Source: the human T2T-CHM13v2.0 reference genome, Homo sapiens. Taken from it: a stretch of DNA of 64,000 nt. The notes under the pieces were generated by a model. It was not told where the DNA came from. It did not search any database and was given only the letters and a program-made list of their open reading frames with translations. The stretch lies in assembly GCF_009914755.1 (NCBI RefSeq), contig NC_060926.1; one strand, given 5' to 3'. This document shows, in pieces, positions 25,291-39,742 of this stretch. The position numbers and the translations under genes were made by a program. Within the stretch, counting starts at the first letter, position 1, and the number at the start of each line of letters is the position of its first letter.

Positions 25291-28200
25291 TAATTATTTA
25301 CGGTTATACTTACATTTAAAATTTTTATTTTTATTTAGTAACTTAAACATTATGGTTATGCGTAGTCAATCCTTTCAGTTTTTATTCTTTTTTCTTTTTT
25401 TCAAGTTATAATAATGTAGGATTTTATTTTTAGAACATTTTCATGAAGAAGTATCTCATTCCTTTCTACATCTTACATAAAAATAAATTCTCTTGTTAGG
25501 CTTAACTCCAACCATATTTCACACTTTAGGCATGTGAATTTTTTAACTAGAGAGAAAAATACTGTGTTTTAAAGATATTGAATAGTCTTTGACATGGAAA
25601 ACATAGCTTTAATGGTTCATTGTTTATAAAGAGAACTTCTATAAATTATGTCTGAAATGCAGTGAGCTTGCAAATCAATAGGCTATAAAGGGGTGGTCCT
25701 GGGTGTTTTTATTTCTTTAGTGTTTTCCTCTTGTGCTGCCAGTAACTTACCAAATGCATAAATGAGAGAAATGCTAATTTATTCTGGGTTTCATCAGTAA
25801 TGATTCTTGAGTCTACTACAAATCAGTTCTTGGGAGGTTGAATCACATGGGTTGGCAGTGTATTTTTCTGTGATATGCGACATACAGATAGGATAAAGGA
25901 TATTCAGCATTCTAATCTCCCTTGAAGGAGTACTACTTATATTTTTTTAAATTAATCTTGATTTTTAAAGTCTCACCCTTTGTATCTACAAAATAAAAGT
26001 AAATTGCCAAAAAGACTCCACTTAATGACATTTAAGAAAGGAGGCTGTTTACTTGTGTGATATGCATGAACTCTTCCAAGCTTCAAGGTCTGTTTTAATA
26101 AAGCCCTCTTTGCACAGACATTATGTGTGAAAAGTCTCCCAAACTAATTTATGCACACCTGACTCAAGCAAATACTGTTGTTGTTGTTTTTCTAAACTGC
26201 TTGTCACCTTTTGAATTTTATCTAGTTTGGAAAGGAAATCGACCAATATGCCTTAGTTTTTTAGTTCGAACAAGACTCAACTATGCATATTCTTTTTATA
26301 TTTCTCTCAAATGGAACAAATCAATTCTCAGTCAAAAAGAAAACAGTTGAGGGAGTTCATTTACTGTTTGGGTTAAAAATATAATTGGCTTAAAAGACAA
26401 ATGTAAAAACTATTAGGATTTTTCTCTTCAAATATATTTGGATAGAATTAACAAAGGATGCAAAGGTATACTTGGCTACCCATCCAGTCATAAAATAAGT
26501 GCTGCTGATCATGAATTGCATTTGATTTCACATGCTTCTCCTCAGGCAGGCTGGCAGTCACCTTGGCCTCTTTTAGCTGTCAGAAGGATTGAGCCTTTTG
26601 TAAACTCAATAGATTAGAATCCCAGCACTTTGAACAGCTGGTGTAAATAGGAACACGAATACAGAAATATATTCTAAGTTTCTGTTACTAATCTTGATCA
26701 TTAATATCCACTACCAATAAAAAGTACACATTCACACTGTGAATCTATTTTGATGAACTCAGAAGAAGAGGAGCCAGCTCTCCTGACAACTGAAAGAGAC
26801 CAAGAAGACTCAAGTTCTTCTGAGAACGCTAGCGGATTCTGAGCATGCCAAAACTGGACCAACTCTCCAACAGAGTTTATCAAAATATGAAGAGCTGCCT
26901 GTGGGCCTTGCGGCACTTCTCTAAGTCAATATTACACATTATAATTCTCTACCAAATCTTAAAATGGTTTCAGAGCTTGTACTGTTATCTGGAAATAAGA
27001 GCTAGGCTTCAAAGAGATACTTTGGTGACTGCAGGTCTCCGGTAGTCCTAGGAGGAAGGCTAATGACTCTCAGGCAGGCATCTCAAGCTCATAAATCAGT
27101 GGCTTGAAGTGAAGCCATTTAGAATAGAAACCAATTAACCACAAATATCAAAAAGAGGTAAAGCATTCATAAGAAAGAGGATTGCCAGCTGTGCACAGCC
27201 ATGTTTTCATTTAGCTGCAATCCAGAGTCAAACTGCCCTTAAGCTTGGAGAGAAGAATAGTTGGGTGAATAGGATTGCCTGTCCAAACTGACCTGACGCC
27301 CACAAATTTAGGGGGAAAAGAAACCCCTTGGTTTATTTAGAACTAAATTACACTGTGGAATCTAAAAAAATATGTAGGCCCAGCTATTATTTTTTCTACC
27401 TACCATGTTTCCCACGAAAGATACCTTAGAAAACCATGACACTCACTGATAATCACAGATAAAGCTTTACCATTTTCAGTGTGCCTTCAGAGTCATTGTT
27501 TCATTTGATGTAGAAACTTCGGCGGTGGGATGGGGGGCGGTTATCACAAAGGATTAACAGATTGTGCATGAACAATCTGCCCCCAGTGATGTTCCATTTA
27601 CCTTTTATATGTAGAAGAGGAAAGCAGGCACGGAGTAACCATTTAAGCAAGCATTTTCAAAGCTTTCTGCATGCTGGTGGGCAGCTCCTTTTACTCAATA
27701 GATGTTAATAGCTAAGAAGGGGTTACTCCCAGTCTTTAATCCCTGTGAGGTGTGAGATTTCTCATCTTTTTATACCCGCCTTTCTTGACCACATAACAGA
27801 ATAGCCATGACTTTTCACATTTTTGACAGAATATCTCTCAATTTTTGGAATACAATGCTATAAAAGACATCTTTTTAAGTAACAGTTTCAGTCTTTTCAT
27901 CAGAGGAAAGAAACCACAATTGCTCTTAGTGGTTTCAAAGTTGATCTAACTATCTAAGGGCTGTATGTGCTCTGGTAGGGGAAAAAAATGAGAAAAGTTT
28001 GTGTAATGCCAAGGTAAAGCCACAGTATCCTACTTTTGCTGATCGGAGGAATGTGCAATTGTGTGGAGGGACATTGCAAATTCTAGTTAGCTGAGGATTC
28101 TGCCTTGCTGACCCGCAGCAGGTCTTATCATCTCCCGGAGGATTTTGTTTTGCATCCTGTGTGTATTCACTAGTTTGTACCAGTTTCCATTAATTTATCC

Positions 28201-30495
28201 ATGAGATTCACTGGATCTCTATAGCAGTAAGAAGGATTGGTGCCAACAAGAAGGCTATAGCTTAGGGTAGGGCCCAAGAAAGATGAACAGATTTTTAGAA
28301 TGTTTGCATTTATTTAATCACAACTTCAATTCAGTTTTCCAAGTAGTTACTGAGGTGTTCATTAAGTCCGTACCCAGTACCCTTGAAACAAGAATGCCAC
28401 ATAAATCCTTGTCTTAATCTGCACTAATCCAGATGAGCTAATTTGGTAGTTTGGCTCTTTAGTTCCCTAAAGTGACCTTAACACAGGGTGTACAGTGCCC
28501 TATCTGCATAATCATGAATTGTAGCAAAAAGGTTTTTGCTCCTGGTCTAAAGAAACTCACCAATATTCATTTTGGTGATACATTTGTTCTCTAGTATGAC
28601 CATCAGCAGTTCAAATGTAATTAGAACTAAGAAAAGGGATATCCTCTTAAATGTAACCACCTTGCTTTCTCTTCGAAGCCTTTAAAAAGGATTTCTGTAA
28701 AACAGTTTTTGGTATTTTAACCGAGTAACCCTACAGTAACAGTCTGTTTTATGGAGGTCTTTTCAAATTGTACACATAGGCAGGCCCAAACCCTGCGCAC
28801 ATGCTTTTTGTTTGTGCAGAGAATGCTGTTAAGTTCTTTTATTGCTTAAGCAAGAATAACAAATAATTATCCTGCCATAAAGGAAAATACTGATAATTAT
28901 AGTTTGCCAAGCATGTTGAATAAGCGGACAGGAAAGACAAAGTGTTAGTGTTGGCAAATCCCAAAACAGAATACTTCTGCAGACCGAAATAAACTCCCAA
29001 TTCTAATGGCCTCCCCATAAAAATGCTAAAAACTTTAGAGGCTGTTGAACAAAGCCTGATGGTTATGGTATATTATATGTAACCACAGAGATGAAGATTT
29101 TAAACATAGTCAGTAATTTCTCACTGTGTTTTAGTTAGTGCAGCAGAAATATACTAAAAGAGTATATGCGTGTGTATGCAAATGTGAATACATCAGATCT
29201 GAAAAAAATATTTATATAAAGGTAACTAGGCTGTTTTAGAAAACAATTTTAAAAATACAGTTTCTCCTAGCTACTGTTCATTAGTAGTCCTCTCAACAAA
29301 CGTATTTCAGTGAGACTCATTTCACTATCTTAGACAGTTTTGTGTGACTTTTAAACAGCCCTTATGGAAATAGATTTATTCAAAATTAGATTTTTGGCAG
29401 AAAATATGTACAAGAGAACCTCATTATCTACTAATAATTGTTGTCACAGAAGGAAACATTTAAAGTAAATCTTCCTCAAACACAGATCAAGTTTTATTAA
29501 AAACATAGTGAAGGAAAGTTGGAGGCAATGTTTAGTTTGAAAAAATAAAGTTAGATCTTATAAAAATAAGGTTATTATAACTATGAATAGAAATGCTTGT
29601 ATTATAATTGCAACTATATGCTCATTCTAAGACAAAGGAATGAATTGAGTTTGTTTGGTTTTATTGAGAGTAACTTCCCCACAAGTTTTATTAGAAGGTA
29701 GTTCAACATCCTTTATGCCACCTTTGGCTTTTTCAGCATGCTCCTTAAAAAGGCTGTTTGGGTAAAAATATTTAAGCACTTACTCAATTTTTCCTAGATT
29801 TTAAAAAACTATTGTGATACAGAAATAATTATTTGTTAAAGTGAATATTGTGCCCTTATCCTTGTGGTTTTCCCTTTTTCACTGGTAACCGGCCTAACCA
29901 TGCCAGATCTTCATGTTCTCATGATTTGCCTGTTACTTGAGTACCTCTCCTCCATTGCCTTAGACTTGCAATTTAAATTAACAGTTGAGTGGTATCCCAT
30001 TTGTGTTGTGTTGTCAGATATTAGCATCTTCTGACAAGTATCTGGAAATCAACTCAAGAGGAAAGACCTTGACCTTTTGAGAAAGGGTAAAGTTAGTGTT
30101 AACCGCTGGATAGATAGATGCATGTTCATGTAAATACTTATTTTATAAATGATCAGTTTTTTTAGTGACTATGTTCACGTTATGATGGGGGGGGTGTAGA
30201 AAAAAATTTCTCCAATGTGTAAAATAATCTTCCTCACTCAAAATCGTATATCAAGCCTTTTCTTTAAGAGAACATCCATTTGATTGATACCACCAGAGAA
30301 GACTTTAATAAATTGTTCAGTCTTTTTTTATTTCTGGCTCTTTCATAAAGTTACTTGAAGACTGTTTCTAAATATGTGTCTATGGTTAAAAATATAAAAG
30401 AAAAACTTCCAGGTGAGACTATTTAATTTTTAGGCACTGTAAAGGGAAGATGTTTCCTCTTGGTATTAACATGTGAAGAAAGAATAGAGAAAGTA

Positions 30496-30641
30496 GGTCT
30501 TGTGGCTTGCACCTGTAATCCCACCACTTTGGGTAGCTGAGGTGGGAAGATAGCTTGAGCCTGGAGATAAAATTTGCAGTGAGCTGTGATCACACCACTG
30601 TACTCCAGCCTTGGCAATAGAGTAAACCTTGTCTCAAAAAA
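30496..30641 (+). mobile_element. Alu monomer (FRAM/FAM-like)
   Basis: cctgtaatcccaccactttggg ... gcagtgagctgtgatcacaccactgtactccagcc ... gtctcaaaaaa; single monomer. Confidence 0.8.
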
Positions 30642-31530
30642 AGGAGGGGGCATGGAATTGGGGTTAAAAAATAGAGTAGATTCATTCTGTGGGCAAAGTC
30701 TAGTAAAACCTAGGTAATTAACATCTCTCTATTAAATTGGACATATGAAAGAGCTTTAGAAAAATCTGTACCAATCCATTCTTTTGTTTTGATGACATTA
30801 TTTTGAATGTAATAAATAATTATCACATTTGATAGTTGAGATCATGTTTATGAGTCATTTGATTTTGCATATATGAGCCTTGCTTGGAGCTAAGTAACTG
30901 CATAATTAAATTTTCATTTAAAGGAACAATAACCGCAGAAAGTCAAAAGCTAACTCAAGTAACAGGTGGTAAATGTTTGATATCTGTATTTTAGGTGACT
31001 TCACAGTAAATGAATAGCATTAATGATATTAAATATATCATTTTCTGTTGTGTTCCTGTTAATCTTCAGCAGAAATATTTATTAACTTTAAATATATTTT
31101 GAAAGTATTTTATTGTTAATGATGAGAAAAACTAATAGCATCTACCAGTTAGTATAATAAGGTAATAACCACAAAACTCATCTACTCACCAACATGTTTC
31201 TATGTTATGATGTACATGTCCCAGGTACATTTCCAAGTAGATGGCATTCTACTTTCAAATACACTTGGGAACCATATAACCATTGGATACTATTTAACAT
31301 TTAAAACATTTTCCAAAGTTGAAGGTGTTTTGAATATTTAAAGTTTCTTTATTTCAGTACTTAAAGAAACATAGACTGAAATACTGGGAGAAACAACTGG
31401 TTCACTGACTGCAGACCAAGATGAATTAGTCAAGAGATAATATAAAACTTGAGCCAAGGGTCAGTTCATCCCAAACAGATTTTGAAAGATGGTAAACTAT
31501 TCCCTCCCTCTCAGATGTCTTCAAATTAAT

Positions 31531-31846
31531 GTTTCATTTGTTTGTTTGTTTATTTGTTTGTTTGAGACAGAGGCTCACTTTGTTGCCCAGGCTGGAGTGC
31601 AGTGGCACAATCTCAGCTCATTGCAACCGCTGCCTCCTGGTTTCAAGTGAACCTACTGCCTCAGACTCCCAGGTAGCTGGGATTACAGGCACCTGCCAAC
31701 ACACCCGGCTAATTTTTGTGTTTTTAATAAGGACAAAGTTTTACCATGTTGGCCAGGCTGATCTCGAACTCCTGACCTCAGGTGATCCACCCACCTTGGC
31801 CTCCCAAAGTGCTGGGATTACAGGCATGAGCGACTGTGCCCGGCCT
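31531..31846 (-). mobile_element. AluS, full length, (TTTG)n tail
   Basis: tttgtttg ... gagacagaggctcactttgttgcccagg ... ctcctgacctcaggtgatccacc ... cccggcc. Confidence 0.93.
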
Positions 31847-32402
31847 GAATATTAATACCATGTGGCTGCCTACCCCACTGGTGTGCACTATTGCTGGATC
31901 CTCACCAGTGAGGGGTACCCCTTTTACTCCAGAGTCCTAATTCTGAAAGCCCCAGTCTTAATTCTGCTAATATTTCTAACTACCACTTTCTTATTCCTTT
32001 TGCTAGTCAAACTCCTCTAACATGTCCATTCAATTTATTGTCTTATATCTTTTCTGTCACACTCTTTTCTTAGCATTTTGCTAGATTTCATTTTCACCCT
32101 ATTATATGCTGGAAATGTTTTCTGAGAGATCTCCTGTGATCATCTTATTTTAAAATGGAACAGTTGCCTTTTACTTTTTATGTTGAATGACCTCTCTTTG
32201 CCACAGTAATGATGCAGTAGAAAGAATGTGAAAACTTGATTTCACTCTTGACTCTACTGTGCACCACTGACTGTGAGACCTTAGGCAAGTTATGAAACAT
32301 CATACAAAGATTAAATACTGTCCAAAACCTGAAACAAAGATTAAATACTGTACACATATATAAGAGGATATTATTAGTGGCTACCCATTTCTCCTTGGAA
32401 TC

Positions 32403-32613
32403 TTTTTTTTTTTAATGGAGACAGTATCTTGCTGTGTCACCCAGGCTAGTGTGCAGTGACACAATCATAGCTCACTGCAACCTTGAATTCCTAAGCTCAA
32501 GTATCCTCCCACCTCAGCCTCCTGAGTAGCTGGGCTGCTGGGGTGTGCCACCACACCTGGCTAATTTCTAATTTTTTTGTAGAGATGGGATCTCGCTATG
32601 TTGTCCAGGCTGG
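32403..32613 (-). mobile_element. AluJ, 5' truncated
   Basis: caatcatagctcactgcaaccttgaattcctaagctcaag (AluJ diagnostic); TSD-like ggaatctttt/ggaaatctattt. Confidence 0.85.
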
Positions 32614-33429
32614 GAAATCTATTTTTATTTGATTCTGCAATATTGAATTGTATTGTTTTTACTGGCTTTTCTTCATCCTGCCACTCTATCATTGGTCCAT
32701 CCCAAAACTATTGGCCTATCCCAAGATTCTTGTTCCATATATTTGACGAGGCCATCCATTTCAATTCTAGATTAATCTTTGTGAAACACAACTAATTATA
32801 TCTTAGCCTAAAACCTCCAAGAAATTCTTCTGTATGCTGAAATAAATATACATTCCTCCAATTAGGATTCCATCCCCTCTGTTATATGACCCCTACCTAC
32901 ATTTCCATTTCTATCTCCCACTGTTCTCTGTTGTGTGCCAACAACCTGTAGTTCTCATTGCCCCTTTGCTTCTGCTCTTTCTTCAGTTTCATCTTTGCCC
33001 CTCATCCCCTGCTTGCCCAAATTATGTGTAACTTTACAAAGCTCATCTTAAATACCATGCTCTCCAGAATAATTAAAATTGAATGTAATATATTCTCTGA
33101 TTCACATAGTCCCTGACACATACTTTTTCTTCTGTGCTCTCACCCTATACTTTGTGTTAATTACCATCCCAGATTTGATTATATATAAGCTTCTTGAAAT
33201 CAGGAAGGGTGTTTCATGTATTTTTAAATAAGATCTAAGTAGATGAGGTATAATTTAATGCCTAATATATAGTAACAAATGTATATTCATTCTGAATATA
33301 CATTTTCCCATTGCTCAGGCTTAAAACTCTGAAAAAAATCTTAAATTTCAAAAAATTAATATTTACTAAATTAATTTTTGATTTTTCTATCAAAATCATG
33401 AATTAACATATGTCATTGGGTCATTAATT

Positions 33430-33850
33430 TTGTTTGAAAATAATAGCTATATTGAGTGAGATATAATTCACATATAAAAATTCACCCCTTTAAATTAAAT
33501 AGTTCAGTGATTTTTAGTGTATTAACAGAGTTATGCAAGCATATCCATTATCTAATTTTAGAAGGTTTTTATCACCCCCAATGGAAACCCATCAGCAGTC
33601 ACTCAATTTCTGCCTCACCTCTATCCTAGACAACCTCTAATCTACTCTCTATGGATCTGTCCCTTTTCCTGGACATTTCATATAAGTAATACAATAGGTG
33701 GTCTTTTGTAGAAGGCTTCTTTCACTTAGCATCGTATTTTCAGTGTTCATGCATCATTCACTGCTTTTTATGGAAGAATAATATTCCATTGAATGGATAT
33801 GCCAGATTTTATTAGTTCATTAATCAGTTGACGGACATTTAAGTTGCTGA
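33430..33850 (-). mobile_element. L1MB/L1ME 3' region
   Basis: gagatataattcacatataaaaattcacccc ... ggacatttcatataagt ... ggcttctttcacttagcat ... atattccattgaatggatatgcc. Confidence 0.75.
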
Positions 33851-34009
33851 GTCATTGATTCTTTTTTAAACTGAAAGGAAACCCTGTGGTTATTTAGTCC
33901 AGTATCCTCCTTTAATACATGTGAGATTGTGTCCCAAAGTGGTATTCCTAGACTTACATAGTTATTGTATTTCTTATTATTTTAGATGCTGGGTTGGTAC
34001 AACACATAC

Positions 34010-34530
34010 ATTCATGTACTTTTCTACTCATTCTTTCATATGCGTAATACATACTTATGGAGCACTAAGTGTTTATGATCTGAATAAACAAAAATAATTA
34101 TGGTTCATGTCCTCATGAGGTTCACAGTTTAATTGGGAATAAGCTTTTATTAAATAATCATATAAATAAACACAAAATTAGAACCATGGCAAGAGCTATA
34201 AAGAAGACATTGGGGAACTGACCTTGTCAAGGAGGATATTTTAGCTGTGATCTATGGATAAGCAATAATTACCTAAGTAAAAAGGGTAGAGAAGAGCATT
34301 CCAAGCAGAGCAAGAGCACATGCAAAGGCCCTGGCTATAGGAGCATGGCTTATAGGAGAAATGACAGAGGCAAGGTAACAGGAGAGGAGAGGGTAGGGGA
34401 AGCATGTGTGGAATGAGGCTGGAAAGTAAGGTTAAATGATGCCAAATCTTCCAGGACAAGGGAAGGGTTTTACTCATTTTCTGAGGAGTATTGGACCACT
34501 GAAGTATTTTAATCCTAGAGATAATGCAAG
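34010..34530 (-). mobile_element. L2 fragment
   Basis: gcattccaagcagagcaagagcacatgcaaaggccctgg ... tgaggctggaaag. Confidence 0.65.
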
Positions 34531-35324
34531 CAAAAAGAAAATGTGTATTGTTTTTACTTTTTTTTTTTTCTCCCAGGGCTTAGCTGTGTTAAGAAAGGCG
34601 AAATTTGCTGGATGATACGTTATCTTTTCTGCCAAAACTTGTGGTAGAATTGTGGCATTTCAAGTTTTCTTTTATGTGTTTACCAAATAACTTGTTATCA
34701 AAAGTAAAAACTTGTATTATTTTCACAGGATAAACAGCCTCCTTATTAGAATTCTCCAATTCAATTTTGTGAAGAACTATTCTTTCCAGTTCTCCTACGG
34801 AATAAGCAATCATGGCTACTTAAGAAGTATTATAATAAATATATAAAGGCCATATGTTTCCATTATACAATAAACATGTTTTAGACCTATAAATTCTAAA
34901 GGTACAGAAACCATTCTCTAAATTCCAATTAGCTAATGCCTAATTCTTTAGCCTAAGTGCTTTTGACTTGAGAGCCATTCCTCTCAGGCACTATATGAAT
35001 GGGACCCAGGAAGCTTTTGTAGAAATAATATAAAGCTTTTGTAAAAAATAAAGGTCATGCCTGCATGGGCATGAATCCAAAGCTTTCATTAAATTCTACA
35101 AAGAGTCTATTATACACACAAAAAAGTTAAAAACTAGGGTTTTTGAGAGTGGAAAATAATCTATAAGTTACTAGGAAAAAATATTTGGTCACTTTTTATA
35201 CTACTTAGAGAAGTTTAAACCAATGCAGTTACAAATGACGCCAAATATTTAAACTAACAGCTATTATATAAGCTAATATCTTGAAAGCAGTATTCTCTTT
35301 TTTAAAAATTATAGACCTTAGATC

Positions 35325-35475
35325 ATACTCAGGGATTATATTGAGCACTTGTGAGGAATGTAGATTCCTGGACCCACTACAGACATTTGGAATCAGAATC
35401 CCTGGAATAGAACTCAGAACTCTGGATTTTTAACCAGGATCCCAGGTGATTTTGGTGTCAACACATGTTTGGAAA
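35325..35475. mobile_element. MER5-like DNA transposon fragment
   Basis: aatgtagattcctggacccactacagac ... gaatcagaatccctgg ... ttttaaccaggatcccaggtgattttg. Confidence 0.65.
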
Positions 35476-38400
35476 GGTAACATAGTAAATAACAACATTC
35501 TTTCTCTGTTCAGTGTTTTGAAAAAACAAATTTATACAATTCATTAGTTATAATAGTACCATGTAATGCACACTGAAAAAATATATATATAATATAATTT
35601 ACAATTTAAAGATGAAGAAATTATGGACCAATGAAATTAAATAATTGGCCACATAGAGATCTGGCTTTGTTAATACTCTGTCATAAAGCCTCTTGCTGTA
35701 ACTGCTATAAGTTACCTACTGCTAGTTCCGTACTATAAGAAGTACTCAGGAAAAGAAAGCTTCTTTTAGAGAGTGGAGTTATATGAGTCCATAACAGTGT
35801 TAGTCAACATCCACTGAAACCCATGATCATCAACAAAGTTAAAGATTTATAAAGAACAAAGTATAATACATGAGCCTCTCTCACCAAGCACAACTGTCTG
35901 ACACTTTCTAAAAGAAGCTCTCAGAGGTAACACTTTACAGGCAGAAAAAGTGTGAAAATGAGAAAAATTTGCTCCAAGTTGTTACAATTTAACAAGCAGG
36001 GAGTATAAAGAAAAAACAAAATATTACAGTAAAGTAACCCTAAAACCTATTAGCGTGTATCACTACCAAAAATAAATAAGTGGATAAATAAAACTCCATG
36101 TAACTCCTTAAAGCAGCTGGAAAAAGACAGGTCTGTTAGGTTGCTTTAAGACATGAGCTTTAATAAGCATTTTACCCAAGAGAGATGGCTCTGTGATATG
36201 TGTGTGCTGTATCACATGAATTGCGTTTCATTTCATGCAGCGCCTTTATTGGGCATTAATAATAAAACTGCTGAATTTAAAAACAAATTCTGAAATCAAC
36301 TCTATTTTATAGACCTTTACTAGAAAAGAGCTCTTTGCCAATATAATGTGGTCTATTCATAAAATATTTCGAGAGTGAAAAGATAGAAGTTTTCTAGTTA
36401 TTTGTTTATTTCTAGTTTCTAGTTATAATTTTGAAATGTTTGCATTTCAGTAATGAAGTCAGGGGTTAAAAACATTCAATTTGACTTTAAGGTGGCTTTA
36501 TCACAAGAACACTGATTTCTTCTAAAATATCTTCACAGTTTATTTCTTTATGAAAAAATGGTTTTAATTCAAATTATTTAAGAGAAAAGATCGTTCCTTT
36601 ATGTAATGCTAAAAACCAACTCTTCAGGAAATTGGGAGCCAGAATTTTTTTCTGGGCCTGTTGTAGCTGAGTTTGTCAGCTGCCATATAACAGCAGAAAT
36701 AATATTTCTTATGATGCTGTTGAAAAGTGCTATTCAGCCAGCAGCTATAGCAAGTAATGTATTAAATGAATGAGAGAACTATTAAATACATTATTTCAAG
36801 ACTTTTAGGTGATGCTATAGCTGATCAATATTTGAGAATATTTTGGGAAATGAATGGCAAATGTCTTTTTTGGTCATGAGTCAACTTCTCTATGACATGG
36901 AAACATAGTATTAGAACAAGTTTTACAGGAAATCTTATTTAAGAGCAGAAAATGCTATAACTTCCTTTGGATAGTTAAGGATCCTTATCTTTTGGTTTAG
37001 CAGTGGCATTATGTTTTCTTATTAACACAATAGGAATCTGTATTCCTGGTTTTAGTGTTATTTCAAAGTTATATCAGGATCTAATGAAACATGGCCCATT
37101 CATGGCTGCTTGCTACTGTAATAAATTCTTGGAGACTATTGCTAAAATTACCTTCTATTAGATCAGGTTCTCTTACCCCCGCCGTGCGCATCAGTTGATC
37201 TCCAGACAATCAGTGAGAGTATTTTCAGAGCTTGAAGTAGACTTGCTGTGCATAGGGAAAGCATATTCTGTTTATGCTAACTAGACAGAACCACCCAAAA
37301 CATGAGGCAAAGAGAAAGCCACAAATGGCTTCCAGTCTCTTAACGTGTTTTTTATTTCTATTTTTATTTATTTATTTATTTATTTATTTATTTTAATCTG
37401 TTTTCTATAGCTCCATGAGTTTTCTTTTAGCTGAATGGCTCTCTGTTTGGAATTAACATTAGGAAATAGAATGAATGTGAAATGGCAAAAATAAAATCAT
37501 AAACAAAAGAAAACAAAACTCACTAAACTATAGGATCTGTAGTCCTTCGTTAAGAAAGTGCCTCCAAAATCTTCCTTAGAGCCAAAGCCCCTGCTAAAGG
37601 TGAAATCATGCAAGTCACTAGTTGCCGTGGGGAGCACACAGTGCAGGTTGCTGGCTTTGCAGTTTTGGGAAGGCCCCAGATGGATGGATCAAGGAGCTCA
37701 GTGGGGCTAGCGGAGAAGAGCTCTACACTTGGTGTCTTGGAATTAGACCACTGAAAGACTCAGAGTGGGACTTTTTTATTGTAGTATAGTTATTCAGAGC
37801 CACAATTTTAAAAGATAAAACATTTTGAAGTCTGTCAACTATTCATTGGCTTAACATAGCTCTAAAAAACATTCTAACAGTGTGAGGTTGAAACCTACCT
37901 CTGAAGCAAACTTTTGTGCCTGCAAATACCAAAGGTAGCTGATGTAGTCCCAGACGAGCCCAGGGTAACCCAAGCAAGGAGTCAACAGCCCTCACATTCC
38001 TTTGGAACAACAATAATTAGAGCAGCTGGAATATTTGCAACCTCATTGGCTCACTTGCTGTGTTTTTAAGCCCAGGCTTTAATCTTATTTTTATGTTTTT
38101 GTATAAATCAGACTCATGTGGCTTAATTATAGACATTAAGTGGCTACTAGGAGCTTTAGATGAAAGCTTTTCAATACCGTGCAATGCCCGGGTTCTCTGG
38201 TGTCCTCCCCACTCTGCAGTTTCTGTCTCTTTGTGCCCCTCCTCCTGTGTTGATTTCTGCACTCCTCCTTCCTCCATTCCGACTGCCCCTCATCTCAGTG
38301 GTGCCTGTTTACTTAAATCTAAGCCAATTAAATACAACATAATAATAGAACATCTTTCTGAAAAGAGCACAAAGGATGGGGAATTGCATGGCCACTGACT

Positions 38401-39742
38401 GAATAACAGAAGAACGAGGAAAACATCTTAAAAGAAACCCCCAATAGATGATTCATCTATTCTTCCTTTGCCTCCTATTTATAGGGAGGCAGCCTCTTCT
38501 TTGTTTTTGTTTCCAGCAATCTCTATGCCAAGTCCCCCATCTTTCTTTGGTAGAATCTTAATGATATATCATCATGTATATTTCCAAGATTATTGATTTG
38601 AGAATTATCATATTATGCACTCAGGAATATGGTTATAGAATTTCCAGAACACTTGGGAGTGATAACATTATAGATCGAGATATATTTCAAGACTTGCTTT
38701 TATGTTGATATATTTTCTGAGCCAGTAAGTAATATTCTCACTCAATTAAGAGAAACTCACTTTTTAAAATGCGTTATTACAAGCAATCGCTTTAGTAATA
38801 AAATGTTGGCTGCCACTGTTAAGAAAATAATTTGGGGAGGAAGAAAAGATATTTCACATTAGTATCACAGAAGGGGGAGGGGAGGGTGCCAGCTTAGTCC
38901 CCACTGTGCTAATTAAGTGATCATGCATTGCCTCTTGAACAACATGCAGCAGAAGATAAAGAACTCAAATCAGCTGGAGATCACCCTTAATTGTAAACTC
39001 TTCCGCAAGACTCCAGTGAGTCGATGAACTTCCTCTGCTTCTAGAGCTTTTAGCTTTTCATGCTAAAAGTAGATTTGTCAGAATTTCATTTTTCTGCTCA
39101 GATGACTGTAGCACAGCCTGTATTTCCCTCTCTCTGGTGTGGTCCCCTTTCCTAAATGCATGCCTTTCCAAATTATCCACGATCAGGAATGTCAGAGGGT
39201 GTGGAGCTCAGGCAAAAAACATCATCAGTCAGCTGAATTCCAGTTTCTATAGACCACAGCTGGAATCTGAATGCTCACGTTGACCTCAAAAATAGCCTGG
39301 TGCTCTGTCCCCTGTGTTCAGCCGAATGCCTCTTCAGTGAAATCTCTGTATGTGGCTGCAGGTTGACAGATGGCTCCCAGCAGGTGAACTCAAGGCTATT
39401 AGTGAGTGAAATGCGTTCTTTCTCTGCCACAATCCTTCTCAAAGACAACCTCATGTCTTAAGAACCTTACAAAAGGCTTTTAGATGTTAAGCAAAACTCA
39501 AGAGAAGAGTTGAAGCCAAGAAACCACAGATTAAAATAACCATAGGGTTTCTGCTCAAGTTAATACCTAGTTTCTTCATGAGATAATACAGTAGTGCTAA
39601 GTGGTAAAAGAAAATATCATTTAAAGACTGATATTGACACTTTGCAATTTTCCACAATTGTCAAAGCATTTTTCCAAACATATAACTTTATGTAATCCTT
39701 ACAATGACTCTATAGGGGAAGTCTCATTAATAGTCTTCATTT

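Noticed and set aside
31873-31920. Short hairpin cactggtg...caccagtg as a miRNA precursor
   Set aside because: The stem is too short and the loop too large for a pre-miRNA; compatible with chance.
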